NCBI GenBank assembly: GCA_963730185.1
Contig: CAVSQW010000015.1
Location: 576,001 to 640,000 of the forward strand
DNA from: an uncultured Gemmatimonadales bacterium
GTDB lineage: Bacteria; Gemmatimonadota; Gemmatimonadetes; Gemmatimonadales; GWC2-71-9
Direction of reading: 5' to 3'
DNA length: 64,000 nucleotides
A program made the position numbers and the translations under genes. This document shows positions 10,508 to 19,247 of this stretch, one piece after another (positions within the stretch are counted from its first letter, which is position 1; the number at the start of each line of letters is the position of its first letter). The notes beneath the pieces were generated by a model, which made no database searches, had not been told where the DNA came from, and saw only the letters and a list, made by a program, of their open reading frames with translations.

Positions 10508-11215
10508 ATGCAAGCTGAACTGGAAAAACTGCTCGACCTGCAAACCCGCGACCTCGCCCTGATCGACACCGACCAGCGCCTGAGCGCGATCCTCGAAGAG
10601 ATCGCCGGGCTCGAGGCGGAGCTGGCATCGGCCCGGACCGAGGTCACGGCCGCGCGGACCCGCCACGCCGACGCGGTGAAGCGCCGTGAGGAGCTGGAGA
10701 CGCGGATCGAGAGCTTCCGGACCATCCAGGAGCGGCGCCGCTCGCGGCTGGAGATGGCCCGGGGCGCCCGCGAGGCCCAGGCCATGGTCACCGAGGTGGA
10801 GATGGCCCGCACGGTCCTGGTCCGCGAAGAGAGCGAGTGGGTCAAAGCCGCCGAGGCGGTGAACGACCTGGAGCGGAGCGTCGCGGCCCTCGAGGAACGG
10901 ATCGCCGAGCTCGAGACCGGCCAGGTGGCGGACCGGGAGCGGCTCGACAGCGAGCGGGCCTCGCTCGAGTCACAGCGGGACGAGGCGCAGGCGACCCGGC
11001 AAGCGATCGCCGATTCGATCGAGCGCTCGCTCCGGATGCGCTACGATCGACTGCGGTCGGCCCGGACGGCGGCCGTGGTGGTTCCCCTCCGGGGCGAAGC
11101 GTGCGGGGCGTGCTTCACCGCGGTGCCGCGGAACCGGCGGACCCAGATCCGCGCCGGTCTCCTGCTCGACGCGTGCGAGGCCTGCGGCGTGATCCTCTAC
11201 TCCGACGAGGGGTGA
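10508..11215 (+). CDS. Coiled-coil protein with C-terminal C4 zinc ribbon (DUF164/CT398-like)
   Basis: Long heptad coiled coil followed by CGAC...CEACGVILY. Confidence 0.8.
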   Translation: MQAELEKLLDLQTRDLALIDTDQRLSAILEEIAGLEAELASARTEVTAARTRHADAVKRREELETRIESFRTIQERRRSRLEMARGAREAQAMVTEVEMARTVLVREESEWVKAAEAVNDLERSVAALEERIAELETGQVADRERLDSERASLESQRDEAQATRQAIADSIERSLRMRYDRLRSARTAAVVVPLRGEACGACFTAVPRNRRTQIRAGLLLDACEACGVILYSDEG

Positions 11216-12933
11216 TGCTCGCGCTTCCCACGCGGTGGGTGCTGTCGGCGCCGCCGGACCAGGGCGCGACCAGCGCGCTCGCGGCGGCGATCACCATTCC
11301 CCGAACCCTCGCGGCTCTCCTGGTCCAGCGAGGCTACGCCGACCCCGAGGCCGCCCGGCGCTTTCTCCGGCCCGGTCTGGAGGGGCTCTCCGATCCGATG
11401 ACGCTGGCCGGGATGGCCGAGGCGGTCGACACCATCGCCCGGGCGGTCCGCCAGGACCGGCCGATCCTGGTGCACGGCGACTACGACGTCGACGGCCAGT
11501 GCGCGTCGGCCCTGCTGACCCGGGTGCTCCGCGCCGCGGGCGCCACCGTCGAGGCGTTCGTTCCCCACCGGATGCGCGACGGGTACGACTTCGGCCTGGC
11601 CGGCTTGGCCCGGGCCCGGGAGATCGGGGCCGGACTGATCGTCACCTGCGACTGCGGGATCACCGCGGTCGAGCCGGTGCGCCTGGCGCGCGAGGGGGGG
11701 ATCGAGGTGGTGGTGACGGACCACCACCTGCCCGGTCCGGTGCTCCCGCCGGCCAACGCGGTGGTGGACCCCCAGCGTCCGGACGACGCCTCGGGCCTCG
11801 GCGCCCTCTGCGGCACCGGGCTCGCCTTCAAGCTGGCGCAGGCGCTGGTCGAGCCGCTCGGCCTCCCGGCCAACCTGCCGCTCCACCTGCTCGACTACGT
11901 GGCGTTGGCCACCGTGGCCGACGTGGTGCCGCTGGTGGGAGAGAACCGGATCCTGGTCCGGCACGGGCTCAAGCTGCTGCGGGCCTCGCGCTGGCCTGGG
12001 CTTCGGGCCCTGGTGGCGGTGACCGGGTTAGCCGACAAGGAGATCCGCGCCTCGCATCTGGGCTTCATGCTCGGCCCCCGGCTCAACGCGGTCGGCCGGA
12101 TCGGCGATGCCAACGACGGGCTCCGCTTGCTGCTCTCGGACGACTGGCCCCAGGCCCAGGCCCTGGCCAACCGGCTGGAGCAAATGAACGGCGAGCGGCA
12201 GGAGCTCGATCAGCGGATCCTGGCCGAGGCGCTGGGCCGGATCGAGCGCGAGGTCGACCTGTCGCGGGTGGCCGGGCTGGTGCTGGCCTCGGACGAGTGG
12301 CACCCCGGGGTGGTGGGCATCGTCGCGTCGCGGGTGGTGGAGCGGTTCGGCCGTCCCACCTTTCTGGTGGGGCTGGACGGCGACTTGGGGAAGGGATCGG
12401 GGCGGAGCATCTCGGGATTCGACCTCCATCAGGCGCTCACCCAGTGCGGCGATCTCCTGGAACGGTACGGCGGGCACCGGATGGCGGCGGGAGTCACCGT
12501 CCGCCGGGACCGGCTCGACCAGTTCCGGGACCGGTTTGCCGAGGTGGCGGCCCGAACGCTCGATCCGGGCGATCTCGGCCCCGAGCAACGGGTCGACCTG
12601 GTGATCAACCTCGACGAAGCGAGCGACGACCTGGAGCGGCTCTGCCGTCACCTCGAGCCCTGCGGGATGGGTAACCCGGGACCGGTGTTCCTGGCTCGCG
12701 GGGCGGACCTCCTGAACCGGCAGTACGTGGGCGCGAACAACGATCACCTCCGCGGCTTTCTCCGCGACCTGTCGGGCGGGATCTCGGCGATCGGCTTTCA
12801 ATTCGCGGACCGGGCCGGATGGCTCGACGAGCGGCCGGTCGATGCCGCGTTTCGGCTGGATCGCAACGAGTTTCGGGGGCAGTCGCAGCTTCAGGCCCGA
12901 CTGGTCGCCCTGGCGCCGCATCACGGGCCGTGA
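11215..12933 (+). CDS. recJ: ssDNA exonuclease RecJ
   Basis: GDYDVDG, DCG, TDHH, ATVADVVPL, GPRLNAVGR, GGHRMAAG, LEPCGMGNP. Confidence 0.95.
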   Translation: MLALPTRWVLSAPPDQGATSALAAAITIPRTLAALLVQRGYADPEAARRFLRPGLEGLSDPMTLAGMAEAVDTIARAVRQDRPILVHGDYDVDGQCASALLTRVLRAAGATVEAFVPHRMRDGYDFGLAGLARAREIGAGLIVTCDCGITAVEPVRLAREGGIEVVVTDHHLPGPVLPPANAVVDPQRPDDASGLGALCGTGLAFKLAQALVEPLGLPANLPLHLLDYVALATVADVVPLVGENRILVRHGLKLLRASRWPGLRALVAVTGLADKEIRASHLGFMLGPRLNAVGRIGDANDGLRLLLSDDWPQAQALANRLEQMNGERQELDQRILAEALGRIEREVDLSRVAGLVLASDEWHPGVVGIVASRVVERFGRPTFLVGLDGDLGKGSGRSISGFDLHQALTQCGDLLERYGGHRMAAGVTVRRDRLDQFRDRFAEVAARTLDPGDLGPEQRVDLVINLDEASDDLERLCRHLEPCGMGNPGPVFLARGADLLNRQYVGANNDHLRGFLRDLSGGISAIGFQFADRAGWLDERPVDAAFRLDRNEFRGQSQLQARLVALAPHHGP

Positions 12934-13448
12934 CCCGGATCGTCGCGGGCACGATGCGGGGGCGGCGGCTGGTCCTCCCCGCCGACCCGCGTGTCCGGCC
13001 GACGGCCGACCGGGTTCGGGAGGCCTGGTTCAGCATCCTGGGGGGGACGCTCCCCGGGGTGGCCGTGGTCGACCTCTACGCCGGAAGCGGAGCGCTCGGG
13101 CTGGAGGCGCTGTCGCGGGGCGCGGAACGGGTGACCTTCGTCGACATCGCGCCGGCCTCGCTGGCCGCGATCAAGGCCAATGTCGAGGCGTTGGGGGTGA
13201 TCGACCGGGTCCAGGTCGTGCGGAAAGATGCCCTCCGGTGGGTGGCCGAGGCCGAGGAGGGGGCCTACGACCTGGCCTTGGCCGACCCCCCGTATGGGCA
13301 CGGCGCGGCCGCCAAGCTGGTGGCGGCCTTCCGGGAACGGCCCTTCGCCAGAATCTTGTCGGTGGAGCATGCGGCATCCGAGCAGCCTGGGGGCGACGAC
13401 ATGCGGCGGTACGGTGACACGGCTCTGACCTTCGTGAACGCGCAATGA
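12930..13448 (+). CDS. rsmD: 16S rRNA m2G966 methyltransferase RsmD
   Basis: RIVAG...RPTADRVRE, DLYAGSGALGLEALSRGA, DPPY. Confidence 0.92.
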   Translation: MTRIVAGTMRGRRLVLPADPRVRPTADRVREAWFSILGGTLPGVAVVDLYAGSGALGLEALSRGAERVTFVDIAPASLAAIKANVEALGVIDRVQVVRKDALRWVAEAEEGAYDLALADPPYGHGAAAKLVAAFRERPFARILSVEHAASEQPGGDDMRRYGDTALTFVNAQ

Positions 13449-13927
13449 CCCGAATCGCGCTCTACCCCGGCTCGTTCGACCCGCCCACCCGCGGGCACGA
13501 GGACCTGATCCGGCGGGCGGTGAGCCTGGTCGACAAGCTGGTGGTGGCGATCGCGGTCAACCCCGCGAAGCAGCCGCTCTTTTCGGTGGAGCAACGCTTG
13601 GGGTTACTCCGGGCGACCGTCGGGGACGATCCCCGGATCGGCTTCGATTCGTTCGAGGGGCTCCTGGCGAGCTATGCCCGGTCGATCGGCGCCAGCTTTC
13701 TGGTGCGGGGGCTCCGCGCGGCCGGCGATTTCGAGTACGAGCTCCAGATGGCGCTCATGAACCGACAGCTCAACGACGGCCTGGAGACGCTCTTCATGGT
13801 GCCGGCGTCAGGGCTCACGTACATCAGCGCCAGTCTGGTGCGCGAAGTCGCCCGCTTCGGTGGCGACGTGAGCCAGCTGGTCCACCCCGTGGTGGCCGAC
13901 GCCCTCCGGGCGCGCTTCGCCTCGTGA
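13445..13927 (+). CDS. coaD: Pantetheine-phosphate adenylyltransferase
   Basis: YPGSFDPPTRGH, RGLRAAGDFEYE, ISASLVREVA. Confidence 0.96.
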   Translation: MTRIALYPGSFDPPTRGHEDLIRRAVSLVDKLVVAIAVNPAKQPLFSVEQRLGLLRATVGDDPRIGFDSFEGLLASYARSIGASFLVRGLRAAGDFEYELQMALMNRQLNDGLETLFMVPASGLTYISASLVREVARFGGDVSQLVHPVVADALRARFAS

Positions 13928-14826
13928 GCGGGCTGGAACAGTTGACTGAGCGGGCCCGGGCCCACCATGCCCGGGTGGTGCTCGTGCCGGGGCTCGACGA
14001 GACCGCCGCCGGGACGGCCGACCGGATCGCCGCCGAGGCGGGTGCCACCGTCACCGTGCTGGGCGACGGCGGTCTCGCCCCCGTCAACGACCCCCGGCTC
14101 GGCAAGCTGGCCGGGCTGCTTCGTGACCGCTGGCCGGAGCGGGTTCGGGACGGAATCCACGCCCTGGACCTCGCGGCGGAGCCGCTGCTGTTCGCGGTCG
14201 GGCTCTTGCTGGGTGGGGAGGCCGACGTCTGCGTCGCTGCCGGTAACACGCCGCCCGACGCGGTGGAAGACGCCTACCGCTGGATGTTGGGGCCGGAGCG
14301 GGCGGTGCAGGGGCGGGGTTCCATCCGCTACCTGGTCACCGCCGAGGGCCGGCTCCTCACCACGGCCACGCCGGACACGGCCGGTCCGCTCGACGCCAAA
14401 GGCGTGGCCCGGCTCGCCCTGATGGCGGCGGGGCATCGGGGGCGGGCGGTGGGCGACGAGCCCCGGGTGGCCTTTCTGGTGCCGCCGCCGACGGTCGACG
14501 CCAGCCACGCCGACGCCGAGCTGGCGGTGGCCGAGCTCAAGGCCCTGGCGCCAGGGATGGCGGCCTCGGTCGAGTGGAACTGGCCGGCGGCGGAGGGGGC
14601 CGGGACGGGCCCCCGGTTCCGGAGCCGCCCCAACGTTCTCATATTACCTGATCCGATCTCCGGTCATCTGGCCCATGCCCTGCTGAGGGACGCGGGCAAG
14701 GTCCGGGTCTGGGGTCCGCTCTTCCCGGCCGACCGCTGGGTGGTAGCCGGGGCGCCGGAGGGATCGTCGCCGGAAGACATCGCGGCCGTTGCCACCGTGG
14801 CGGCGGCCGGGCTCGCGGGCGTGTGA
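13924..14826 (+). CDS. Divergent phosphate acyltransferase (Pta/PTB-like) family protein
   Basis: Residual Pta-like motifs (LLLGGEAD, EPRVAFL, PNVLILPD..SG, WGPL); canonical motifs are degenerate. Confidence 0.5.
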   Translation: MSGLEQLTERARAHHARVVLVPGLDETAAGTADRIAAEAGATVTVLGDGGLAPVNDPRLGKLAGLLRDRWPERVRDGIHALDLAAEPLLFAVGLLLGGEADVCVAAGNTPPDAVEDAYRWMLGPERAVQGRGSIRYLVTAEGRLLTTATPDTAGPLDAKGVARLALMAAGHRGRAVGDEPRVAFLVPPPTVDASHADAELAVAELKALAPGMAASVEWNWPAAEGAGTGPRFRSRPNVLILPDPISGHLAHALLRDAGKVRVWGPLFPADRWVVAGAPEGSSPEDIAAVATVAAAGLAGV

Positions 14827-14836
14827 CGGAGGCCGC

Positions 14837-15172
14837 ATGGGATTCAGCATGACCAAGGCAGGCAACGGCGTCACCCTGATCAAGGTCGAAGGGCAGCTCA
14901 TCGTCGGCAATCGGCAGGAGCTCAAGGCCCTGATCCAGCAGGCGCTCGACGGGGGCGACCGCAAGTTCCTGGTCGACTGCTCGGAGACGGGCTACATCGA
15001 CTCCTCGGGGCTCGGGGCCCTGGTCACCATCTCCAAGAAGGTTCGGGAGAGCGGGGGCGAGCTCCGGATCGCCGGGCTCAACGCCGACCTCCGGTCGCTG
15101 TTCGAGCTCACCAAGCTCGACAGTCTGTTCCACCTCGCCGACAGCACCGACGCCGCGCTCGCCGATTTCTGA
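14837..15172 (+). CDS. STAS-domain anti-sigma factor antagonist (RsbV/SpoIIAA-like)
   Basis: YIDSSGLGALV phosphorylation motif; GGAGG SD before the ATG. Confidence 0.9.
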   Translation: MGFSMTKAGNGVTLIKVEGQLIVGNRQELKALIQQALDGGDRKFLVDCSETGYIDSSGLGALVTISKKVRESGGELRIAGLNADLRSLFELTKLDSLFHLADSTDAALADF

Positions 15173-15175
15173 GCC

Positions 15176-15640
15176 ATGACGGCGCCGCTCTGCGTCACGG
15201 TCCGCCGGGCCCTCGCTCCCGAGGGCTCGAGCCCCGCCGTGGCCGTGGAGCTCCGGATGCCAAGCCTGGTGGCTCAGGTCGAGGCAGCGGTCGAGATCAT
15301 GGTCCGCCACTGTTTCGCGGGGCAGTCGCCCTGCGCCACCACCAGCTTCCGGCTCCGGGTGGCCCTCAGTGAGGCCCTCAACAACGCGATCCTCCGGGGC
15401 AACCAGGAAGACCCGGGGAAGCGGGTCTGGGTGCACGCCGTGCTCTACCCGGACACCATCCGGCTCGGCGTCCGCGACGAGGGGTTGGGCTTCGACCCCG
15501 GCGGCGTACCCGAGCCAACCACGCCCGACGCCCTCGAGTGCGATGGCGGTCGCGGGCTCTTCATCATTCGGAACCTGGCCGAACAGGTCGAGTTCAACGA
15601 ACGAGGGAACACCATCTGGATGACCCTGCCGCGCTGCTGA
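15176..15640 (+). CDS. Anti-sigma factor Ser kinase (RsbW-like HATPase)
   Basis: EALNNAILRGN, RDEGLGFDP, GGRGLFII. Confidence 0.88.
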   Translation: MTAPLCVTVRRALAPEGSSPAVAVELRMPSLVAQVEAAVEIMVRHCFAGQSPCATTSFRLRVALSEALNNAILRGNQEDPGKRVWVHAVLYPDTIRLGVRDEGLGFDPGGVPEPTTPDALECDGGRGLFIIRNLAEQVEFNERGNTIWMTLPRC

Positions 15641-17208
15641 AGCGGCTCGCCGCCATCCTGGACGTCGTCGACAGCGTCGCCGGACCCCCTCACCGCCTCT
15701 GGGTGATGGACGGCGGCGTTCCGCGACTCGTCCATGGCACCGACCCCGGCTGGGTGCCGTCCTCCCCCGCCGCCGCCGGACCCGTCGACACGCCCGACGG
15801 GCCCCGCTGGTTCGTGCCCGTCCCCGACGGCGATGGGCTCTGGCTCGAGACGGAAGTCTCCGGCGGCCGGCCGTCCCCCCGGTCGGTCTCGCTGCTCGAC
15901 CTCCTGGAGCACCTGCTCCACTCCGAGCGCGAGGTCGGCCGGCTCTCGCAGGAACTGGCCAGCCGCTACGAGGAGATCGACCTCCTCTACACCATCTCTG
16001 AGATCTTGGGGCAGACCGTTCGCCTGGAGCAGGCCGCCCAGATCATCGTCCGGGCGGTCAGCTCCGTGGTGGGCGCCCGCCGGGCCTCGATCCTGGTCGT
16101 AAACGAAGACGGCACCATGCTTCGCACCGTCGCGGCCCAGGGCATCCCGCCCGGCCGGGCCGGGGTGGTGCCGATCGAGGATCCGGTCTCGATCGCGGCC
16201 CGGGTGTTCCGCGACCGACGGGCACTGATCGGCGACCCGATCGAGGGGATCATCAGCTCGGCCGGCGACGAGGAGCGCGGCTACCAGGGCGTCGCCTTCA
16301 TGAGCGTGCCGATCTGCTATGCCGGCCCGGGCGCCGACCCCAAGTGCATCGGAGTGGTCAACCTGACCGACCGGATCGGTGGCGATCGCTTTGCTCCCAG
16401 CGACCGGAAGCTGGTCATGGCCGTCGCCAACCAGATCGGCGCCGCCCTCGAGAACGCCCGGCTGGTGGAGCGGGAGAAGGAACAGCAGCGCCTCCAGCGC
16501 GAGCTCGAGCTGGCCCACCACCTCCAGCAGAGCCTGCTGCCCGACCCGGCGGTGCTCCAGGACGACGCCCAGGTGGCGGTGCGCTGCCTGTCGCTCGAGT
16601 CCGTGGGCGGCGACTTCTACACCTTCAACCGGCTGGGACTGGGCGTGGTCGGAGTCATGGTGGGTGACGTGAGCTCCCACGGCTTTTCGGCCGCCCTCCT
16701 CATGGCCTCGGCCCTCGCCGCCGCCGGCATCCACGCCTCGGCGTCGGTGATGCCCGACGAGACCCTGATCGCCCTCCGGGCGAGCCTTGGTCCCAAGCTT
16801 CGGCCCAACGAGAGCTACCTCACCGTCTTCTACGGCATCCTCGACCCCACCCATAGGCGGCTCACCTACGCCAACGCCGGACACGGCTACGCCTTCCGGG
16901 TGCCGCCCGAGGGCGATCCGGTCCGCCTCGAGGCCACCTCGCCGCCGCTCGGCCTCGGGCTAGGTCAGCCGATCGAGGCCCGGCGTCTCGACTGGGATCG
17001 GAAGGATCTGCTTTGCATCTGGACCGACGGGCTCGCCGACGCCGAGGGCCCGAGCGGCGAGCGCTTCGGGGAGCGCCGGGTGCTGGACGCCATCCTCAGC
17101 CGGCGCGGGCTCGAGCCCGAGGCCATCGTGCAGGCGGTGATGGCCGAGGCCGACACCTTCGCCCCGCAGCAAGTCGACGATCGGACCCTGCTGGTCCTCC
17201 GGATCTGA
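15616..17208 (+). CDS. GAF plus SpoIIE/PP2C (RsbU-like) phosphatase (start uncertain; ORF open from 15538)
   Basis: GAF domain then VGGDFY, GDVSSHG, ANAGH, TDGL, DDRT PP2C motifs. Confidence 0.88.
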   Translation: MDDPAALLKRLAAILDVVDSVAGPPHRLWVMDGGVPRLVHGTDPGWVPSSPAAAGPVDTPDGPRWFVPVPDGDGLWLETEVSGGRPSPRSVSLLDLLEHLLHSEREVGRLSQELASRYEEIDLLYTISEILGQTVRLEQAAQIIVRAVSSVVGARRASILVVNEDGTMLRTVAAQGIPPGRAGVVPIEDPVSIAARVFRDRRALIGDPIEGIISSAGDEERGYQGVAFMSVPICYAGPGADPKCIGVVNLTDRIGGDRFAPSDRKLVMAVANQIGAALENARLVEREKEQQRLQRELELAHHLQQSLLPDPAVLQDDAQVAVRCLSLESVGGDFYTFNRLGLGVVGVMVGDVSSHGFSAALLMASALAAAGIHASASVMPDETLIALRASLGPKLRPNESYLTVFYGILDPTHRRLTYANAGHGYAFRVPPEGDPVRLEATSPPLGLGLGQPIEARRLDWDRKDLLCIWTDGLADAEGPSGERFGERRVLDAILSRRGLEPEAIVQAVMAEADTFAPQQVDDRTLLVLRI

Positions 17209-17211
17209 GCC

Positions 17212-18003
17212 GTGGCGGCCAAACGCCACCTCGGCCAGCACTTCCTCTCCGACCCCAAGATCCTGGGCCGGATCGCCGATGCCCTCGGGGCGGCACCCGG
17301 TGACCGGGTGCTGGAGATCGGTCCGGGCCGGGGGGCCCTGACCCGGCCGCTCCTGGACCGGGGCGTCCGACTCACCGCGATCGAGCGGGACCGCGACCTG
17401 ATCCCGGCGCTCCGGGCCCTGCCGGGACTGGCCCTGATCGAGGGCGATGCCCTCGAGGTGGATTGGCCGTCGGCGCTCGGGCTGGAGCCCGGGGAACGGT
17501 GGCAGATCATCGGCAACATCCCCTACAACCTCACGAGCCCGCTGATCGACAAGGCGCTGGCCCCGCCCCGGCCGGCCCGGGTCGTGTTCCTGGTCCAGCG
17601 AGAGGTCGCCGACCGGCTGGGCGCCGAGCCCGGGACCGCCGAGTACGGCGCCCTGACCGTGGGGGTGCTGGTGGCGGCTCGCGTCGAACGGCTGTTTGGC
17701 GTCCCGGCCGGTGCCTTCCGCCCCCGCCCCCGGGTGGCCAGTGCGGTGGTCCGGTTGGAGCCGCGTCCGGTTCCCCTGGTTACCGATGCCGAGCTGCCCC
17801 GGTTCCGCCGGCTGGTCAGGGGCCTCTTCGGGGCTCGGCGGAAGCAGCTGGTCCGCGCCATCCGAACCGTCACTGGCCTCGGGCCGGAGCAGGCCGGTTT
17901 GGTCGTGGCGCGGGCGGGGCTCGATCCCATCCAGCGGCCGGAGACGCTGGCCCCGGAGGATTTCGTCCGGCTGCTCGCGGTCGGAGCCGCCGGGCCGTCG
18001 TGA
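17212..18003 (+). CDS. rsmA: 16S rRNA dimethyladenosine transferase RsmA/KsgA
   Basis: LGQHFL, LEIGPGRG, GNIPYN, QREVADRL. Confidence 0.95.
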   Translation: MAAKRHLGQHFLSDPKILGRIADALGAAPGDRVLEIGPGRGALTRPLLDRGVRLTAIERDRDLIPALRALPGLALIEGDALEVDWPSALGLEPGERWQIIGNIPYNLTSPLIDKALAPPRPARVVFLVQREVADRLGAEPGTAEYGALTVGVLVAARVERLFGVPAGAFRPRPRVASAVVRLEPRPVPLVTDAELPRFRRLVRGLFGARRKQLVRAIRTVTGLGPEQAGLVVARAGLDPIQRPETLAPEDFVRLLAVGAAGPS

Positions 18004-18077
18004 CCAGGGATTAGCCCGTCCCCCTACCGCCAACTCACCACTCCCTCCCTGCTCCCCACGCACAACTCACGACTCCC
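18000..18077. repeat. Heptamer-repeat element (partial copy)
   Basis: CTCACCA/CTCCCTG/CTCCCCA/CGCACAA/CTCACGA units, the same family as those at about 22400 and 53870. Confidence 0.55.
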
Positions 18078-18084
18078 GATCCTG

Positions 18085-18114
18085 TTGACGGAGGGAGGGG
18101 GATACGCGTAGCTT
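18085..18114 (+). promoter_or_regulatory. Sigma70-type promoter of rex
   Basis: TTGACG-N18-TAGCTT. Confidence 0.55.
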
Positions 18115-18131
18115 TGTGAAATCTTTCACAT
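18114..18131. promoter_or_regulatory. Rex operator (autoregulation)
   Basis: TTGTGAA-ATCT-TTCACAT, one mismatch to the Rex consensus TTGTGAA-N4-TTCACAA, ending 3 nt before the rex ATG. Confidence 0.88.
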
Positions 18132-18134
18132 TCT

Positions 18135-18755
18135 ATGCGCAATATCGCCGAGAACACCGTCCGCCGCCTCTCCCTCTACTTGCGATTCCTCGAGGAATTC
18201 GAGCATGAGGGGGCGGCGACGGTCAGCTCCGGGGCCCTGGCGGCCCGGGGCGGCACCACCTCGGCGCAGGTTCGGAAGGACCTCTCGTTCTTCGGATCGT
18301 TCGGCAAACGGGGCCTGGGGTATTCGGTTCCGCAGCTGATCACCCGGCTCCGGGAGATTCTGGGTCTCGGGCGCCGGTACCAGGTGATCGTGATCGGGGC
18401 AGGCAAGATCGGGAGCGCGTTGAGCCAGTACCAGGGTTTCGCGGACCGAGGCTTCGACATCGTGGGAATCTTCGATCGCGACCCGGCCAAGATCGGAATG
18501 ACGTGGGGCGGGCTCGAGGTGCGCGACGTGGCCGATCTCGACCTGAACTGCGGCGACCTCCATCCGGACATCGCGGTGATCGTGACCTCGGGCGACGGCG
18601 CCCAACCGGTGGCCGACCGCGCGGTGGCCTGCGGGGTGACCGCCATCCTCAACTTCGCCCCGGTGCAGCTCCACGTGCCGGCGACGGTGACGGTCAAGAA
18701 CGTGAACCTGGTGCTGGAGCTCGAGGCGCTCAGTTTTGCGCTCGCCAACAAGTGA
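18135..18755 (+). CDS. rex: Redox-sensing transcriptional repressor Rex
   Basis: RRLSLYLR, QVRKDLSFFGSFGKRGLGY, GAGKIGSAL, ILNFAP. Confidence 0.96.
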   Translation: MRNIAENTVRRLSLYLRFLEEFEHEGAATVSSGALAARGGTTSAQVRKDLSFFGSFGKRGLGYSVPQLITRLREILGLGRRYQVIVIGAGKIGSALSQYQGFADRGFDIVGIFDRDPAKIGMTWGGLEVRDVADLDLNCGDLHPDIAVIVTSGDGAQPVADRAVACGVTAILNFAPVQLHVPATVTVKNVNLVLELEALSFALANK

Positions 18756-18798
18756 TTGGGGACGACCCAGCCACCTAGTCCCAGCCTTCGTCCCGACA

Positions 18799-18804
18799 TA
18801 TAGT
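18799..18804 (+). promoter_or_regulatory. Putative -10 element for the leaderless RAPP small ORF / metal uptake operon
   Basis: TATAGT 7 nt before the ATG at 18812, no SD. Confidence 0.55.
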
Positions 18805-18811
18805 TGGATCC

Positions 18812-19144
18812 ATGAGTTCACGTCGTCGGCGGCAGCGACGGACCGGATGGCTCGCCCTGGTCATGTATCTGGGCGCGGCGATCGTGCTGCCGTTGCTCCA
18901 TGCCGAAGACGAGGTCCTCTGGAGCCAGCCGAGCTACGAGGCGCACCATACGGATGGTTGTCGCGTCATCCATTCGGAAGCCGGTTGCCCCACCCACCAT
19001 CACTATGCCAATCCCGAGCTGGCCGCGCGCCGGCTCGTGTCGCTTGCCGGACCGGTGGTCCAGGTTCCGGCGCCCGCCACCGACCACCCGGTCGGGGCGC
19101 TCCTCGTCCTTCTCCTTCGTACCCGCGCGCCTCCCATCGCCTGA
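18812..19144 (+). CDS. Putative metal-sensing leader / ribosome arrest peptide (signal peptide, His/Cys cluster, C-terminal RAPP; CruR/CutF/DUF2946-like architecture)
   Basis: Arg-rich N-terminus plus hydrophobic segment, HHTDGC..H....CPTHHH, ends LRTRAPPIA*. Confidence 0.65.
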   Translation: MSSRRRRQRRTGWLALVMYLGAAIVLPLLHAEDEVLWSQPSYEAHHTDGCRVIHSEAGCPTHHHYANPELAARRLVSLAGPVVQVPAPATDHPVGALLVLLLRTRAPPIA

Positions 19145-19247
19145 CGGTCTGAGTCGCGAGCGGTGAGGGTGGACGCCGGCCGTGGCCGGCGGCCGCTCGC
19201 TCTCCGTTCGCTCATCTCGTCATCATCAGCCCTGAGGAGGAGCAGAG

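Noticed and set aside
7805..10666. Long antisense and alternate-frame ORFs (e.g. 7805-10666, 6306-8624, 28842-31022, 40029-42017, 60340-62283)
   Set aside because: They shadow well-supported genes, have Arg/Pro/Gly-rich composition and no motifs; expected in high-GC DNA.
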